Assembly (NCBI GenBank): GCA_012518435.1
Contig: JAAYSG010000060.1
Coordinates: forward strand, 9,777-73,776
Reading direction: 5' to 3'
DNA length: 64,000 bases
Source: Bacillota bacterium
Lineage (GTDB): Bacteria > Bacillota > DTU030
Shown here one piece after another: positions 39,104 through 49,705 of this stretch. The position numbers and the translations under genes were made by a program. A model generated the notes under the pieces. That model worked only from the letters and a program-made list of their open reading frames with translations. It did not search any database and was not told the DNA's origin. Every line of letters starts with the position of its first letter. Positions within the stretch are counted from its first letter, which is position 1.

Positions 39104-40663
39104 ATGGATAACTTTTCCCTCCCAGCATCCGTTGGGGTGGCGGCCATTGGTTTAAAAACAGGGCTTATCATACCCAATGATGACATCGCCGCCATTACCG
39201 CAGACACGGTAAAGCCCTTTGTTGAGGACGGAGACATTATTTGCGTTACGGAGGCGGTGGTGGCCCGTTCCCAAAATAGGTATATAACCTGTGATGAGCT
39301 ATCCCGCGATATCATCAACAAGCTAAAACTAAAACCCAAGAGCACCCTGGCCGTCATCAGCCCCATTGCCAGCCGCAACCGCTTTGCCCTCATCATGAAA
39401 TCCCTGGCCATGGCCACCCGAGGGGGTAAGGTCATTGTCCAGCTCTCCATGCCCTTTGATGAGGTGGGCAACAGAATCATAAACGAAGAATTTGCCACCA
39501 CCCGCCTGCGCTTGAAAAAGGTCTTAAAAAGCCTGCGGGAGGCCCGGGAAAACACTCCCCAACTCAATGTCCTTATTCGGGAAATAATCGCCGCCCTAAA
39601 ACTACAGGAAATGGGCTACCACATCCTGAGCATCCGGAAAATCACAGGCCGGGGAATAGCCGATTTAACGGTGCGAACTCCGGAAGGAAAGCTGGCAATA
39701 GCCGAGGTAACCTTTGACCACTTACAAAGAACCGCCGCCAAGGCCCTGGGCATTAAAAAAGATGTCAAAGGGGCAGAACAAGCCCTGGCCATAGCCGTTG
39801 ACTTGGGACACTACAGCATTAAGATCGTCGATGCCCACTCACTTGTGGAGAATCCGGAGGAAACAATCCCCGCTGTGTACAGATTTGATAGCCAATTGGA
39901 TAGCTACCACGATCCCTATGTTATTTATACAAATGAAATGGAAGACCTCACCTTTTCCCACCCCATAACGGGGTTGGACTATCGCCACCTGTACCTGGAA
40001 ATGATTGCCGCCGGGGGGGCCAAGGGGGAAATCATTTTTTCCAATAATCCCCTCAAGGTCTATGACCGGGGTTACTTAAACGGTATTTGCATCGGCGCCG
40101 TCCACGAAGGGGAAAAGCTGCGGGAGCTGTTTGAAGCCTTCGGCGCCAATGTACCGGTCATAACCATCGGTGATGTGGGCCCCGGGCAATGGGGCGTAAT
40201 AGGTTCCAATGTATCCGATTTTGAGGAAGGGCTGCTGAAACTGCTGCCGGGTGACCCCGATGCCATGGCCAACAAAATAAGGGATAAAATAAGAAAGGTA
40301 AGTGGCAAGAAGGCAGAGGTATTGATCTTCGGTGACGGTGCCTATAAAGACCCGGATTCGGGTATATATGAGCTTGCCGATCCACACCCCACCGTTGGCA
40401 TAAGTGATGGCCTTTGCGGGGCATCCCTGCGTACAGGTGTAAAACTAAAACTACAGGTGGATACCCTCTACAATCAAGGTTATTCCCGGGAAGAAATAGA
40501 AAATTTCATCAAGGAACTGCCCCAGGAGGCATCGCCCGAAGAACTGGGGACCACCCCCCGGGAAATGACCAGCATCATCGCCACCTTAGCCGATTTGGTA
40601 ACGGGCTCCGCCGATTTGGGTACCCCCATTGTCCTCATCCGGGGTTTTAAATTTTCCCCCTGA
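39104..40663 (+). CDS. Hypothetical 519-aa protein whose N-terminal region resembles the CofE / F420-0:gamma-glutamyl ligase fold
   Basis: IGLKTGLIIPNDDIAAIT...VEDGDIICVTEAVVARSQNRYI resembles the CofE N-terminal pattern. The rest of the protein is unassigned. Confidence 0.35.
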   Translation: MDNFSLPASVGVAAIGLKTGLIIPNDDIAAITADTVKPFVEDGDIICVTEAVVARSQNRYITCDELSRDIINKLKLKPKSTLAVISPIASRNRFALIMKSLAMATRGGKVIVQLSMPFDEVGNRIINEEFATTRLRLKKVLKSLREARENTPQLNVLIREIIAALKLQEMGYHILSIRKITGRGIADLTVRTPEGKLAIAEVTFDHLQRTAAKALGIKKDVKGAEQALAIAVDLGHYSIKIVDAHSLVENPEETIPAVYRFDSQLDSYHDPYVIYTNEMEDLTFSHPITGLDYRHLYLEMIAAGGAKGEIIFSNNPLKVYDRGYLNGICIGAVHEGEKLRELFEAFGANVPVITIGDVGPGQWGVIGSNVSDFEEGLLKLLPGDPDAMANKIRDKIRKVSGKKAEVLIFGDGAYKDPDSGIYELADPHPTVGISDGLCGASLRTGVKLKLQVDTLYNQGYSREEIENFIKELPQEASPEELGTTPREMTSIIATLADLVTGSADLGTPIVLIRGFKFSP

Positions 40664-40893
40664 TAGGGCACACCCCTTGGGACGGGGGATTGTTTGAGAA
40701 TATTCTTGCCTGCAATTATTTGCAAAGTATGGGTTTTTGCAGACCCGGAAACATTGTTTTCCCAGATTGGATCTGGGTATATAGCCTCCCTGCCCACCGC
40801 CACCCCAACTTATAAGTTGGTATGTAACTTGCATCTATATTAATGACAGGAATCCCTACGGAAAAATAATTAGGGAAGGGAGGATTTACTATT

Positions 40894-41958
40894 ATGAAGT
40901 TGTTTCAGGACATGGTGGAACAGGATCATGAACAGGTGGTATTTTGTCAGGATAAGGTGTCGGGCCTAAAGGCAATCATCGCCATCCACGATACCACCCT
41001 AGGCCCGGCCCTGGGGGGATTGCGCATCTGGCCCTATGCTACAGAAGAGGAAGCATTATTCGATGTCCTAAGACTTTCCAAAGGAATGACATATAAAAAT
41101 GCCGCCATGGGCTTAAACCTGGGAGGCGGCAAAGCGGTAATGATGGCCGACCCCAAAACAGACAAAACGGAGGAACTATTCCGGGCCTTTGGTCAATTTG
41201 TTGATACCCTGGGGGGCCGCTATATTACTGCCGAAGACGTTGGCTCCAGCCTGTCTGACATGACTACCATTAGGAGCGTTACACCCTATGTGGGAGGCCT
41301 CCCCGATACCAGTGGCGATCCCTCCATTGTGACCGGCTACGGCGTCTTCAGGGGGATCCAAGCCGCCCATATGCACAAGTTTGGTACCAGCGATCTGGCC
41401 GGTAAGACGGTGGCCATCCAAGGGGCAGGCAAGGTGGGTACCTACCTTATGTCCCACCTAATGGATGCCGGAGCCAAGGTCCTCATTACTGATATTTCTC
41501 CCGAACGGGTAGAGGCCGCTGTGGAAAAGGGAGCAATTGCTGTGGATCCGGCCGAGATATTTGATGCCCAGTGTGATATTTTTGCCCCCTGTGCCCTGGG
41601 TGGGGTTATTAATGACGAAAGTATCCCCCGGCTGAAGGCCAAAATTGTCGCCGGTTCTGCCAACAACCAGCTCCTGGAAGCCCGCCATGGCCAGGCCCTG
41701 GCCGAGCGGGGCATCCTCTATGCCCCCGACTTTATTGTCAACGGTGGCGGTGTCATCAATGTTGCCCAAGAATTAGACCCTGCCGGTTACAACCGGGAGT
41801 TGGCCCAGGCCAAGGCGGGGAAAATCTATGACATCCTTCTAGAAGTCTTTGCCCTGGGAGAAGAAAAGGGTCTGCAACCCCACGAAGCAGCAGACCTTTA
41901 TGCCGAAGAAAGAATTGAGAAGGCCCTAGCCCAAAAGCGGGTTTACATCCCCCGCTGA
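40894..41958 (+). CDS. Leucine (Leu/Phe/Val) dehydrogenase, Glu/Leu/Phe/Val dehydrogenase family
   Basis: GGLRIWPYATEEEAL, KNAAMGLNLGGGKAV (catalytic Lys region) and the NAD Rossmann fold GAGKVG are present. Confidence 0.85.
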   Translation: MKLFQDMVEQDHEQVVFCQDKVSGLKAIIAIHDTTLGPALGGLRIWPYATEEEALFDVLRLSKGMTYKNAAMGLNLGGGKAVMMADPKTDKTEELFRAFGQFVDTLGGRYITAEDVGSSLSDMTTIRSVTPYVGGLPDTSGDPSIVTGYGVFRGIQAAHMHKFGTSDLAGKTVAIQGAGKVGTYLMSHLMDAGAKVLITDISPERVEAAVEKGAIAVDPAEIFDAQCDIFAPCALGGVINDESIPRLKAKIVAGSANNQLLEARHGQALAERGILYAPDFIVNGGGVINVAQELDPAGYNRELAQAKAGKIYDILLEVFALGEEKGLQPHEAADLYAEERIEKALAQKRVYIPR

Positions 41959-42175
41959 GCGCTATGAGCTGGAGGAGCCTCTTCGCCTCTAAAGCCGGGG
42001 AGGCTTCTTTATTTTTCTTGGGGAGCAAAATCTCCCAAGATACTTGCGGTATCATCCCCAAGCGGCATTTAAGATTTGCTGTCCACCGGCACACTAATGT
42101 TTGACCAATCCCCAACTGTTGCCTATACTTGAAGTGTAACCTTGTTCCTTTCTCTTTTATTCCGGGGGTGAAGTC

Positions 42176-42640
42176 TTGGTAATATCTGCATTGTTACTTG
42201 TACCCGTGGTAATCCTTATTTTCATTATATTTTTACTGGCCGGCAATAAGATTAACAGCCTGAAGGAGGGAGGACTGATTGTGCGCAACATTTACCTGTA
42301 TATGGTTCTTTTTGCAACTTTGATGATGACCATTGGTGGCAGTGTAAGTATATTTATGGCCGCTGCTGATATTATTGCCCCTACACCCTACTACCAAACC
42401 CTGGAAGACTACAAAAGCATGATGATGGATAGGGCCCACTACGAAAATGAAGGGACACGGCCTACCCAGGAGGATTTGGAGAGAAGGTATGAAGCCGCCG
42501 TACTTTCCCACAAGCAAAATCAAGCCGCCAGGGCCACCAACATCCTCATTAAAAGTTTTGGTTGGGTCCTCATTCCTCTGCCGGTTTTTATTTACTTCCA
42601 ACGTGCCCTGACAAAAAAGGAAGAAAAATATAAGAATTAA
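42176..42640 (+). CDS. Small membrane protein (hypothetical)
   Basis: It is 154 aa with 3 hydrophobic segments. There is no homology call. Confidence 0.35.
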   Translation: MVISALLLVPVVILIFIIFLLAGNKINSLKEGGLIVRNIYLYMVLFATLMMTIGGSVSIFMAAADIIAPTPYYQTLEDYKSMMMDRAHYENEGTRPTQEDLERRYEAAVLSHKQNQAARATNILIKSFGWVLIPLPVFIYFQRALTKKEEKYKN

Positions 42641-42655
42641 AAGGGGGTATATCCC

Positions 42656-43147
42656 ATGATCTTAGTCAGCGCCTGCCTCCTGGGCCTACACACCCGCTAT
42701 GACCAAGGTACTTGCCATAATCAAGAATTAATAGACCTTCTGCGGCAAGGGCTTGTCATCCCCGTTTGCCCAGAACAACTGGGTGGCCTCCCCACTCCCC
42801 GCCCCTGTTCGGAAATAAAAGGAGGGAGCGGCCCTGATGTTCTAGCGGGAAGGGCCATGGTCCAGTCCCGGGAAGGGGATGATTTCACAGAACAATATAT
42901 CCGGGGAGCCCAGGAAGCCCTTTATTTAGCCCAACTGCTTAAAACACCCGCCGCCATCCTCAAGGCCCACAGTCCCGCCTGTGGCAGCAAGAAAATATAC
43001 GACGGGAGCCATAAGCGGGTACTGCGCCCCGGTGTCGGGGTGCTGGCCGCCCTCCTGAGGGAAAATGGTATTACCGTCTACTCGGAGGAGGATTTAAACC
43101 CAGGTTTACTCAAGAAACTGGCAAGTTCCTTAGCTGGCCGGGAATAG
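42656..43147 (+). CDS. DUF523 family protein (TudS-like Fe-S thiouracil desulfidase family)
   Basis: The N-terminus MILVSACLLGLHTRYDQG....PVCPEQLGGLPTPR has the DUF523 Cys pattern. Confidence 0.65.
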   Translation: MILVSACLLGLHTRYDQGTCHNQELIDLLRQGLVIPVCPEQLGGLPTPRPCSEIKGGSGPDVLAGRAMVQSREGDDFTEQYIRGAQEALYLAQLLKTPAAILKAHSPACGSKKIYDGSHKRVLRPGVGVLAALLRENGITVYSEEDLNPGLLKKLASSLAGRE

Positions 43148-43199
43148 TATTTTCCCGCCGTGGTTTAAAAGTACTATCTTAAATAGGGGGGAATATTGG

Positions 43200-43925
43200 G
43201 TGAAACCTATTATTGGCATTGCCTCCAGCTACAAGATGGGGGGGAAAAAGGGGGGGAGACTGGAATCTTATGTGAAAGCAGTTGAGGCCGCCGGTGGTAT
43301 CCCCATAATATTGGTCCCCTTGGGAGAGGCGGGCAACCTGGACCTGCAGCTAAATATCCTTGCCGGCCTACTGCTGACCGGGGGTGGGGATATTGATCCC
43401 CTTCATTATGGTGAAGAACCCCAGCAATGTTTGGGTACTATTGAACCAGCTCGGGATAGGTATGAGCTTTGCCTAACCCAGCTGGCCGCGGAAAGAAAAA
43501 TGCCCATTTTGGGGGTTTGTCGTGGGATGCAAGTTTTAAATGTTGCCCTGGGCGGCAGCCTCCACCAGGACATTTCCACCGCCATAAAAGGGGCTCTCAA
43601 GCATAGGCAAGAGGCCCCGGTTTGGTACCCAACCCACTCCATAAGAATTGGGGAAGGGAGCAAAACCCATAAAATACTGGGTGCCAAATCTATACGGGTT
43701 AACAGCCTTCACCATCAGGCCGTAGATAGGGCAGGTGAAAACCTAATTATTGCCGCCAAATCCAAGGGTGATGGTGTGGTAGAGGCCATTGAAGGTAAGG
43801 GAAACTTACCCTATTTGGGTGTTCAGTGGCATCCAGAGGCACTGCAAGCCAATGATTTCTCCACCGCTATTTTCCGTTGGTTTGTCTCCACCGCCCGGGA
43901 ATACGGCCAAAAGGGAACCTTATAG
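43200..43925 (+). CDS. Class I glutamine amidotransferase-like hydrolase (peptidase C26 / PuuD family)
   Basis: ILGVCRGMQVLNVALGGSL (Cys nucleophile) and the HH motif (SLHHQAV) are present. Confidence 0.8.
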   Translation: MKPIIGIASSYKMGGKKGGRLESYVKAVEAAGGIPIILVPLGEAGNLDLQLNILAGLLLTGGGDIDPLHYGEEPQQCLGTIEPARDRYELCLTQLAAERKMPILGVCRGMQVLNVALGGSLHQDISTAIKGALKHRQEAPVWYPTHSIRIGEGSKTHKILGAKSIRVNSLHHQAVDRAGENLIIAAKSKGDGVVEAIEGKGNLPYLGVQWHPEALQANDFSTAIFRWFVSTAREYGQKGTL

Positions 43926-44918
43926 GGCCTGGATCCGGGTCAACCCGGCAGCCTGGGCCATTTCCAGTGCTGCTTGATATTCCTTTACTGTAATTCTCCG
44001 CCCCAACTGAGGATGACCCACCGCCTTGTAGTGGGGCCGGTACTGGCCCATAATATTTATATAAGTGTCCTTTGCCACATCCCGGGCAATAAACTGCATT
44101 ACCCTATTAGTACCTGCCAATCCGGCGGGTAAAACCAAGTGCCGCACCAATAGCCCGCGGGTGGCAACGCCCTCTTTATCTAATCTCAGATCTCCCACCT
44201 GGCGGTGCATTTCCTTCACAGCCATAAAATTCACCTCCGGATAATCGGGGGCTTGGGCAAATTCCCGGGCGGGGAGTGTTTCCCCAAACTTCATATCCGG
44301 CATATAAATGTCCACAATTCCCTCCAGGAGACCAATAGTCTCCAGGGAGTCATAGCCACCGGTATTATAGATTAGGGGGATTTTCAATCCCCCCTCCGCG
44401 GCCATCCTCACCGCCGCAATTATATTGGGAACCACATGGGTGGGTGTAACAAGATTAATATTGTGGCACCCCAAGGCTTGTAAGCGAAGCATCATCCTAG
44501 ACAATTCCTCATCACTGACCCGGCGGCCTTCGCCCAAATGGGCTATGGTATAATTTTGGCAAAAAATGCACCCCAGGTTACAGTGGGAGAAAAAAATAGT
44601 ACCGGATCCACCGCTGGCCACCAGGGGTGGCTCTTCGCCAAAATGTGGACCCACACTGGAAACAAGGGCTTTATGGGCTGTTTGACAGGTACCCAAGGAA
44701 GATGCCCCGGCTTCATTATAGCGGGATACCCGACAATTCCTTGCACACAATACACATGGTGAGGCCAGTTTCCTGGCCCTTTTCAACTTCTCGTCCCATT
44801 GCTCCCCAGTGAGCAAAAGATAGGCCGGGGAAGTCCTCACTTTGTAAACCTCCCTTCTCAAGAAAAAACCCCGCAGGAAAGTAGGCCATTTTCCTTGGCG
44901 GGTTTTCTCCGTTCTCAA
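43920..44918 (-). CDS. Radical SAM protein, PflX-like (COG1313) activating-enzyme family
   Basis: The rSAM motif CNLGCIFCQNY (CxxxCxxC) is present, with an additional N-terminal Cys cluster (CVLCARNCRVSR). Confidence 0.75.
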   Translation of the reverse strand: MRTEKTRQGKWPTFLRGFFLRREVYKVRTSPAYLLLTGEQWDEKLKRARKLASPCVLCARNCRVSRYNEAGASSLGTCQTAHKALVSSVGPHFGEEPPLVASGGSGTIFFSHCNLGCIFCQNYTIAHLGEGRRVSDEELSRMMLRLQALGCHNINLVTPTHVVPNIIAAVRMAAEGGLKIPLIYNTGGYDSLETIGLLEGIVDIYMPDMKFGETLPAREFAQAPDYPEVNFMAVKEMHRQVGDLRLDKEGVATRGLLVRHLVLPAGLAGTNRVMQFIARDVAKDTYINIMGQYRPHYKAVGHPQLGRRITVKEYQAALEMAQAAGLTRIQAL

Positions 44919-44986
44919 TCTTCAATATTATTGTATTGGCAGTCCTTCAATAATACTGCCAACCCTATCGGTGTCCACCTACCCAC

Positions 44987-45838
44987 CTAGGCCAGTAAGT
45001 TTTCCCTAAATTTTGTCGGTGGATAAGTTGCGAATTTTTTGAACTCCTTAATGAAATGGGCCTGGTCAAAATAACCATTGGTATGGGCAATATTAGTCAG
45101 GCTGACACTATTCTTACTACAGATCATCTTTACCGCATTCTGGAATCTCATAATTCTATTATAGTGGGCCATGGTAATCCCGAACATTTTTTTAAACCTG
45201 CTGCGGCAATGCCTATCGGTATAACCCACCATCCTTGCCAGCTCACCCACCTGCAGCTGCCCCTTGGAAACACACATGGAAACCGCAAGGTTTTCCGCCA
45301 GGCCGGGAACATAATCATGATCCAGCAGATGTCTTTGGGCATAAGCAAGAAGTATACGGATCCTCCTGCGAAAATCATCGTTATTCAGAACCCTATCCGT
45401 CAGCAACTCAACCTCCGGAAAATAATGTTTTAAATCAACTTCTGTACTTCCTAATTCCGCAAAGGAGAGATTGCTGCTTTTTATCCCAGCCAAACTGTAG
45501 GGTTTAAAGCCAAAATAGGTAACATTTGGTTCTAATTCAATGGGTTTTTCCCCGTGGATAATCCCCGATAGGGTTACACGGGGGTCCTGGGCATCACATT
45601 TAAACAATATATTTGCACAGCCATCGGGAATTAAGTTAAACCGGGTGTCTTGGGCAGAGGTTCCCGTGACAAACTGGTAAAACAAGGCAAGACCCTTTCG
45701 GGAAGCCGGGTTCCACTCCAAAACTGCTTCTGCATAGTTTTTTACACCCGCCTTGATGTTGGGCTGAAACGGGGGAGAAACTTGTTTCATGTGCCTACCT
45801 GTGTCCACAAATTCCACCAAAACAACCTCCCTCCTCAA
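44987..45838 (-). CDS. AraC-family transcriptional regulator
   Basis: The C-terminal AraC HTH reads GELARMVGYTDRHCRSRFKKMFGITMAHY...NIAHTNGYFDQAHFIKEFKK. Confidence 0.8.
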   Translation of the reverse strand: MRREVVLVEFVDTGRHMKQVSPPFQPNIKAGVKNYAEAVLEWNPASRKGLALFYQFVTGTSAQDTRFNLIPDGCANILFKCDAQDPRVTLSGIIHGEKPIELEPNVTYFGFKPYSLAGIKSSNLSFAELGSTEVDLKHYFPEVELLTDRVLNNDDFRRRIRILLAYAQRHLLDHDYVPGLAENLAVSMCVSKGQLQVGELARMVGYTDRHCRSRFKKMFGITMAHYNRIMRFQNAVKMICSKNSVSLTNIAHTNGYFDQAHFIKEFKKFATYPPTKFRENLLA

Positions 45839-46004
45839 TTGGGAATTTCAAGCGGTTTCACCTTTTAGGAAATTATTTAGACAGATCAGGTAGTACATGC
45901 CTTGGCTTGAGCGGAAATGCAGAAGGGGATTAATTGCCATAATGCCTTTAGCTATATCTTCTCCCCAAGGCCAAGAATTCCTTTTTCTGGGCGGGATAAA
46001 CTTT

Positions 46005-47106
46005 TTAGTCCCCGGACACAAATTCCCGGGCCTGCTCCTCCCCTCTTATTACCCGCAAGGCTCCTTGGGCCAGGGCTTCCATTTCATTTTCCCCCGGAAT
46101 CACCTTTACCGGCGCCAAAAAAGCCACCCTATCTTTAATCCAGCTGACAAGCATTTCCGAATGGGCCATTCCCCCTGTTAAGATAATGGCATCAATTCTT
46201 CCTGCCACCACAACGGCCAGCTTCCCAATGTTTTTGGCTACATTGTGGGCCAAAGCCTCATAAACCAAGGCGGCCTTCTTATCGCCCTCTGCTATCATTT
46301 TTTCAACTTCCCGGGCATCCGTTGTTCCAAAGTAGGCCATTAACCCCCCCTGGCGCCTGACCTTTCTCATCATTTTCTTATAGTCATACTCCGGGGAGCT
46401 GGCCATTTTTATTACTTGAAAAACCGGCAAACCCCCGGCCCGTTCCGGGGAAAAGGGCCCTTCATCATCGGATATCATATCTATAATGCGGCCCCCTTTG
46501 TGAAGGCTCAGGGTAATGCCACCACCCAGGTGGGCCACCAACAAGGATAACTCATCATAGGCCTTGCCCACTTCCTGGGCATATTTTATTGCCGAGGCCC
46601 TCATGTTGAGGTTGTGCCCCATGCCCTTCCTTTCCATTTCGGGTAGGCCGGTAATTCTGGCAATGGGTTCCATCTCATCTACGGTAACCGGGTCATATAC
46701 ATAGGCCTCTATACCTAAGTCTTGTGCAATACCTTGGGCGATAATGGCACCCAGGTTGGAAGCATGTTCATTTTGGGGGTGATACTTCAATTGATAAACC
46801 ATATCGTCATTTACCCTATAGGCTCCGGATTTTACCGGTGGCAATAAACCGCCCCGGGCCACAATGGCTGTAATGGACCCAAGGGGTATATTCCTCTCAT
46901 CCAATTGAGATAAGATTGTTTCCTTGCGCAGGGGGTATTGATCATTTATTTCGGGAAATTTGGCCAGTTCTTCCCGAGAATGTTCAATGGACTCCACAAA
47001 GAGAGGTTTTTCGCCCTCATAAATGGCAATTTTAGTTGAGGTCGAACCGGGATTGAGCACCAAAATCCGAACTGACATAATTCCATCCCCTTCCAAGTAT
47101 GCTAAT
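46005..47106 (-). CDS. buk: Butyrate kinase (acetate/butyrate kinase family)
   Basis: The N-terminus MSVRILVLNPGSTSTKIAIYE, VAHLGGGITLS and IILTGGMAHSE match butyrate kinase. Confidence 0.85.
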
Positions 47107-47206
47107 GGGCATAACCTTTTAAGCATTGGACAAATACCTTCTGCCAGAAACACTTCTTCCCCCGGCGATGGCAAACACCGCCAGAGGAAGAAGTTGTGGT
47201 TGCTCC

Positions 47207-48325
47207 CTATTCTACCGGCCCCTCATCCGGGGGTGTCAATGGGGGCAAGGGCCAGAACTCAAAGAGGTCCCCATAGGCCGCCCAGATGGGAAAGAGCAGA
47301 CCCAGCATCATGGTATTTATGGCATTGAGACCATCGGGATAAACCATGGTTTCCCCGAAGTGCCAATTGCAAAAGGCCTGGACAACTACATAACCCACGG
47401 CTCCCAGCAATAGGGAAAGGGCCAGGTTGAAAAAGCCGCCAGCCAGCCCCTCCATGGTCCTCCCTGGCCATGTTTGGAAGATGGTCAATGTTATAAGGAT
47501 CCCAAAAATAGCACCTATAGCATAGGACATGAGGTGGAGTGGTTCAATGTGTAGCTGATAGACACCAACATTAAAGGCTATATAGCCCAGAACCAGGCAG
47601 CTGACGGTGACGGCAGCACCAAAAACCGGCTGCTCCAGCTTAAGGTTACTAAAGGGCCACATGCCTAGGATGGCAAAAACCCAAAGGAAGACAAGGGAAC
47701 ACAGGGTGTATGTTATACCATGTTCCCAGGGGAAGGGCCCCGTAGGCGCAAAGAAGATTTCCAAAGGCCCTCCTGCCGCGTAAAGGGGTACAGGTTCTAT
47801 GGGTGAGGGATATACGCCCAAGGGATACGACACAAGACTAAAGTCAAAGAGCTGGATCAGGCAAAAGGCAATGGTATAAGCAGTTATTATATAGGTAAAG
47901 CCGGCCGCTGGGGGAGATAGTTTATTGAAGGGCCAGAAATTAAAGGCCAGGAAGATGAAAAACATGGTAACGATGGACATAATTGTATGCAAGGCCACAA
48001 AGGGATGGAGGGCACCACCACCGACAAAATTGATGAGACCGTAACAGAGCAGTGTCCCCCAAATAAAAGCAAATATCCCCATTAGCATCCCACTCAATGG
48101 TTGGGGGATATTGTCCACCGGCAGACTCCTTCCCTTCCACATGGCTCCCAACACCACCAGCATGCCGACACAGGACATGGCCAAGTAGCCAAAAAATCCG
48201 GTGTACATCTCAATATCAAAACTGCTGGTTATGATAAAGGCCATTATAAAGGTAACAATTAGTACGAATATCCCGCGCCCCGGGTGCCTTTTTGCCCAAT
48301 CGGCACTTAAAAAGCCACCATTCAT
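47207..48325 (-). CDS. Polytopic membrane protein of unknown function embedded in the ptb-buk operon
   Basis: It is 372 aa with about 10 TM segments, between ptb and buk on the same strand. Confidence 0.5.
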   Translation of the reverse strand: MNGGFLSADWAKRHPGRGIFVLIVTFIMAFIITSSFDIEMYTGFFGYLAMSCVGMLVVLGAMWKGRSLPVDNIPQPLSGMLMGIFAFIWGTLLCYGLINFVGGGALHPFVALHTIMSIVTMFFIFLAFNFWPFNKLSPPAAGFTYIITAYTIAFCLIQLFDFSLVSYPLGVYPSPIEPVPLYAAGGPLEIFFAPTGPFPWEHGITYTLCSLVFLWVFAILGMWPFSNLKLEQPVFGAAVTVSCLVLGYIAFNVGVYQLHIEPLHLMSYAIGAIFGILITLTIFQTWPGRTMEGLAGGFFNLALSLLLGAVGYVVVQAFCNWHFGETMVYPDGLNAINTMMLGLLFPIWAAYGDLFEFWPLPPLTPPDEGPVE

Positions 48326-48486
48326 TTTCTTACCACCTTTCCCATAATGATATTTTTACAACCATTTACAGGTTCTTCAGAAAATATAGGGTGTCACCCC
48401 CCTTTCTTTGGAAGGTATTAGTGAAAAGGTTCCCTGGCGGCATACCCTTCTTTCCCGCCCCCGGTGTTCTCCGGGGGCCCCGGGGG

Positions 48487-49395
48487 CTATTCCCCCGCTG
48501 TGGCCGCCGCCAGGGCCAGGGATAAATATTTTTCCTCCCGGGAAGAACCCCTGGAGGTAACAACTATGGGTGCCTTGGCCCCCAAAATCAGGCCCGCCAT
48601 TTTAGCCCCCGCCATCTCAATAAGGCATTTTCCCAGGATATTGCCAGCCGTTATGTTGGGTGCCACTAAAATATCCACATCACCGGCCACCTCACTCACA
48701 TAACCCTTGGCTATTGACCTTTCTTTGCGGACCGCCAGATCAAAGGAGATGGGACCTTCCACTAGGCAGTTTTTGATTTCCCCCCTTTGGTTCATTTCCT
48801 TCAAGGCCGCCGCATCAACTGTTTCCGGCATCTTGGCATTAACCTTTTCTATGGCTGCCAATACCCCCACCTTTGGTTTTTTATAACCCAATTTGCGCAA
48901 GGCCCCCACGGCGTTTTCAATAATGGCCTTCTTTTGCTCAAGGGTTGGATACAAGATCATCCCCCCATCGGTTGATGCCAAAATCTTGTGGTAACTGGGT
49001 ACAACCTTGAGGGCAATGTGGGACATGACACCCCCCACACCAAGTCCAGTTTCCTTGTCAACGACCGCTTTCAATAACTGTCCTGTCTCCAACTTGCCCT
49101 TCATCAAAAAGTCGGCCCTTCCTTCATTTACCAGCCGGACACCTAGGGCAGCCGCCTCCTGGGGTGTATCCGCCCCATGGATGACAAAGGCATCCCTTTC
49201 CTTCCCGGCTTCAAGCAAGAGTCCTTCGATTGTGGCCCTATTCCCGATCAAGAGGGGTTCTAAAATTCCATCCTGGTGGCCCTTTAGGGCTGCCTCCATG
49301 GATTCCATATCCTCTGCACACACAATGGCAACCCTTTTCGTGCTGGGATCCTCCTTTAGTCTCCTAATTATGTCATCAAAGTTTTTTAAATACAC
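48487..49395 (-). CDS. ptb: Phosphate butyryltransferase / phosphotransacylase
   Basis: It is 302 aa, starts MYLKNFDDIIRRLKEDPSTKRVAIVCAEDMESMEA, and carries phosphate acyltransferase family motifs. Confidence 0.85.
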   Translation of the reverse strand: MYLKNFDDIIRRLKEDPSTKRVAIVCAEDMESMEAALKGHQDGILEPLLIGNRATIEGLLLEAGKERDAFVIHGADTPQEAAALGVRLVNEGRADFLMKGKLETGQLLKAVVDKETGLGVGGVMSHIALKVVPSYHKILASTDGGMILYPTLEQKKAIIENAVGALRKLGYKKPKVGVLAAIEKVNAKMPETVDAAALKEMNQRGEIKNCLVEGPISFDLAVRKERSIAKGYVSEVAGDVDILVAPNITAGNILGKCLIEMAGAKMAGLILGAKAPIVVTSRGSSREEKYLSLALAAATAGE

Positions 49396-49705
49396 ATCTG
49401 ACCCTCCCTAGCGATAGACTTCTCCTTGCCCCCGGACTTCCCGGCGGCTAGCCACGACAAATGCTCATTTCATCTCTATTCTCCTTATATGGCATGTTAT
49501 CAGACAATTACATCAATCCATTGTATAAAACGGAAGAAATAAGGATCGGCCAGGGGAAAACCTTTCACAAAATTTGCTGTATTGTAGCAATAACAAGATT
49601 ACTTCTGTTTTATACTATAGACCATTCTTGGAATGTTATAACATGTTCATAAGTGTACCTGAGGGTTCAACCGGCAACAAATAAAACACGGAAAGGAGAT
49701 TGACA

